Positions 15,881 to 16,179 of a stretch of 16,179 bases of DNA are shown here, in pieces. Numbering within the stretch: position 1 is the stretch's first letter; every line of letters starts with the position of its first letter. Source of the DNA: Promethearchaeota archaeon (GTDB lineage Archaea > Asgardarchaeota > Lokiarchaeia > Sigyniarchaeales > SOKP01); assembly GCA_048941265.1 (NCBI GenBank), contig JBHLNT010000088.1:1-16179 (forward strand), in the 5' to 3' direction. A program made the translations under genes and the position numbers. The notes beneath the pieces are model-generated. The model was not told where the DNA came from and did not search any database. It was given only the letters and a program-made list of their open reading frames with translations.

Positions 15881-16179
15881 ATGGAAAATATGATAACCCG
15901 CCCTAATGTTCCGAGGTTAATTGAAAATAAATTAAATGCTATAAAATGTAATAAATGCGGTAATATCAGATATCCTGCAAGAACCTATTGCAATAAATGC
16001 CAAGGAACCGATTTCTCGAGTATTTTAATAGGTCCCAAGGGTATTATCCAAACTTTTACAACCAGTTATAAAAAAAAGAAACGAGATAAGCAGCAAATTT
16101 TTGGCATTGTAGAGCTTTTTACTGATGATGGTAAGGATTCTCTTAATTTAATGGGGACATTTGATACTGAGAATTTTGA
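15881..16179 (+). CDS. DUF35-family Zn-ribbon/OB-fold protein, 3'-truncated by the window edge
   Basis: Not in the ORF track. Manual translation: MENMITRPNVPRLIENKLNAIKCNKCGNIRYPARTYCNKCQGTDFSSILIGPKGIIQTFTTSYKKKKRDKQQIFGIVELFTDDG... CxxCG-x3-YPxRxxCxxC followed by GxIxTFT and GIVEL is the DUF35 pattern. Confidence 0.88.
   Translation, partial: MENMITRPNVPRLIENKLNAIKCNKCGNIRYPARTYCNKCQGTDFSSILIGPKGIIQTFTTSYKKKKRDKQQIFGIVELFTDDGKDSLNLMGTFDTENF

Noticed and set aside
1-16179. tRNA/rRNA, CRISPR array, transposase/integrase, or Sec/Pyl readthrough
   Set aside because: All intergenic gaps are short and AT-rich with no GC-rich stems or spaced repeats. No ORF has recombinase motifs, and the proteins look complete at their stop codons.

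Overview
AT-rich (about 30% GC by eye), gene-dense prokaryotic window. It is most likely archaeal: TATA-like boxes, oligo-T terminators, a GGTGA-type RBS, an orphan multi-PAS kinase, and 7TM and Zn-ribbon hypotheticals of a kind I associate with Asgard/Lokiarchaeia. The taxonomy is inference. Left to right: partial peptidase T (-), stand-alone 7TM protein (+), Zn-ribbon protein with a possible DENN-like core (-), a FAD-linked oxidoreductase directly downstream of an atypical glycyl radical enzyme (GRE, both -), GH57 branching enzyme (+), 3-PAS histidine kinase (+), and an acyl-CoA/lipid-type cluster. That cluster has an acetoacetate decarboxylase-like gene, MBL hydrolase, crotonase, duplicated VOC protein, AMACR-like CaiB/BaiF enzyme and a partial DUF35 Zn-ribbon/OB-fold gene. 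The best candidate for an undescribed system is the GRE-flavoprotein pair. The GRE has a GCVE Cys loop, a non-canonical KVGGY Gly loop, a basic amphipathic insertion and no activase in the window. I saw no RNA genes, CRISPR arrays or mobile elements.
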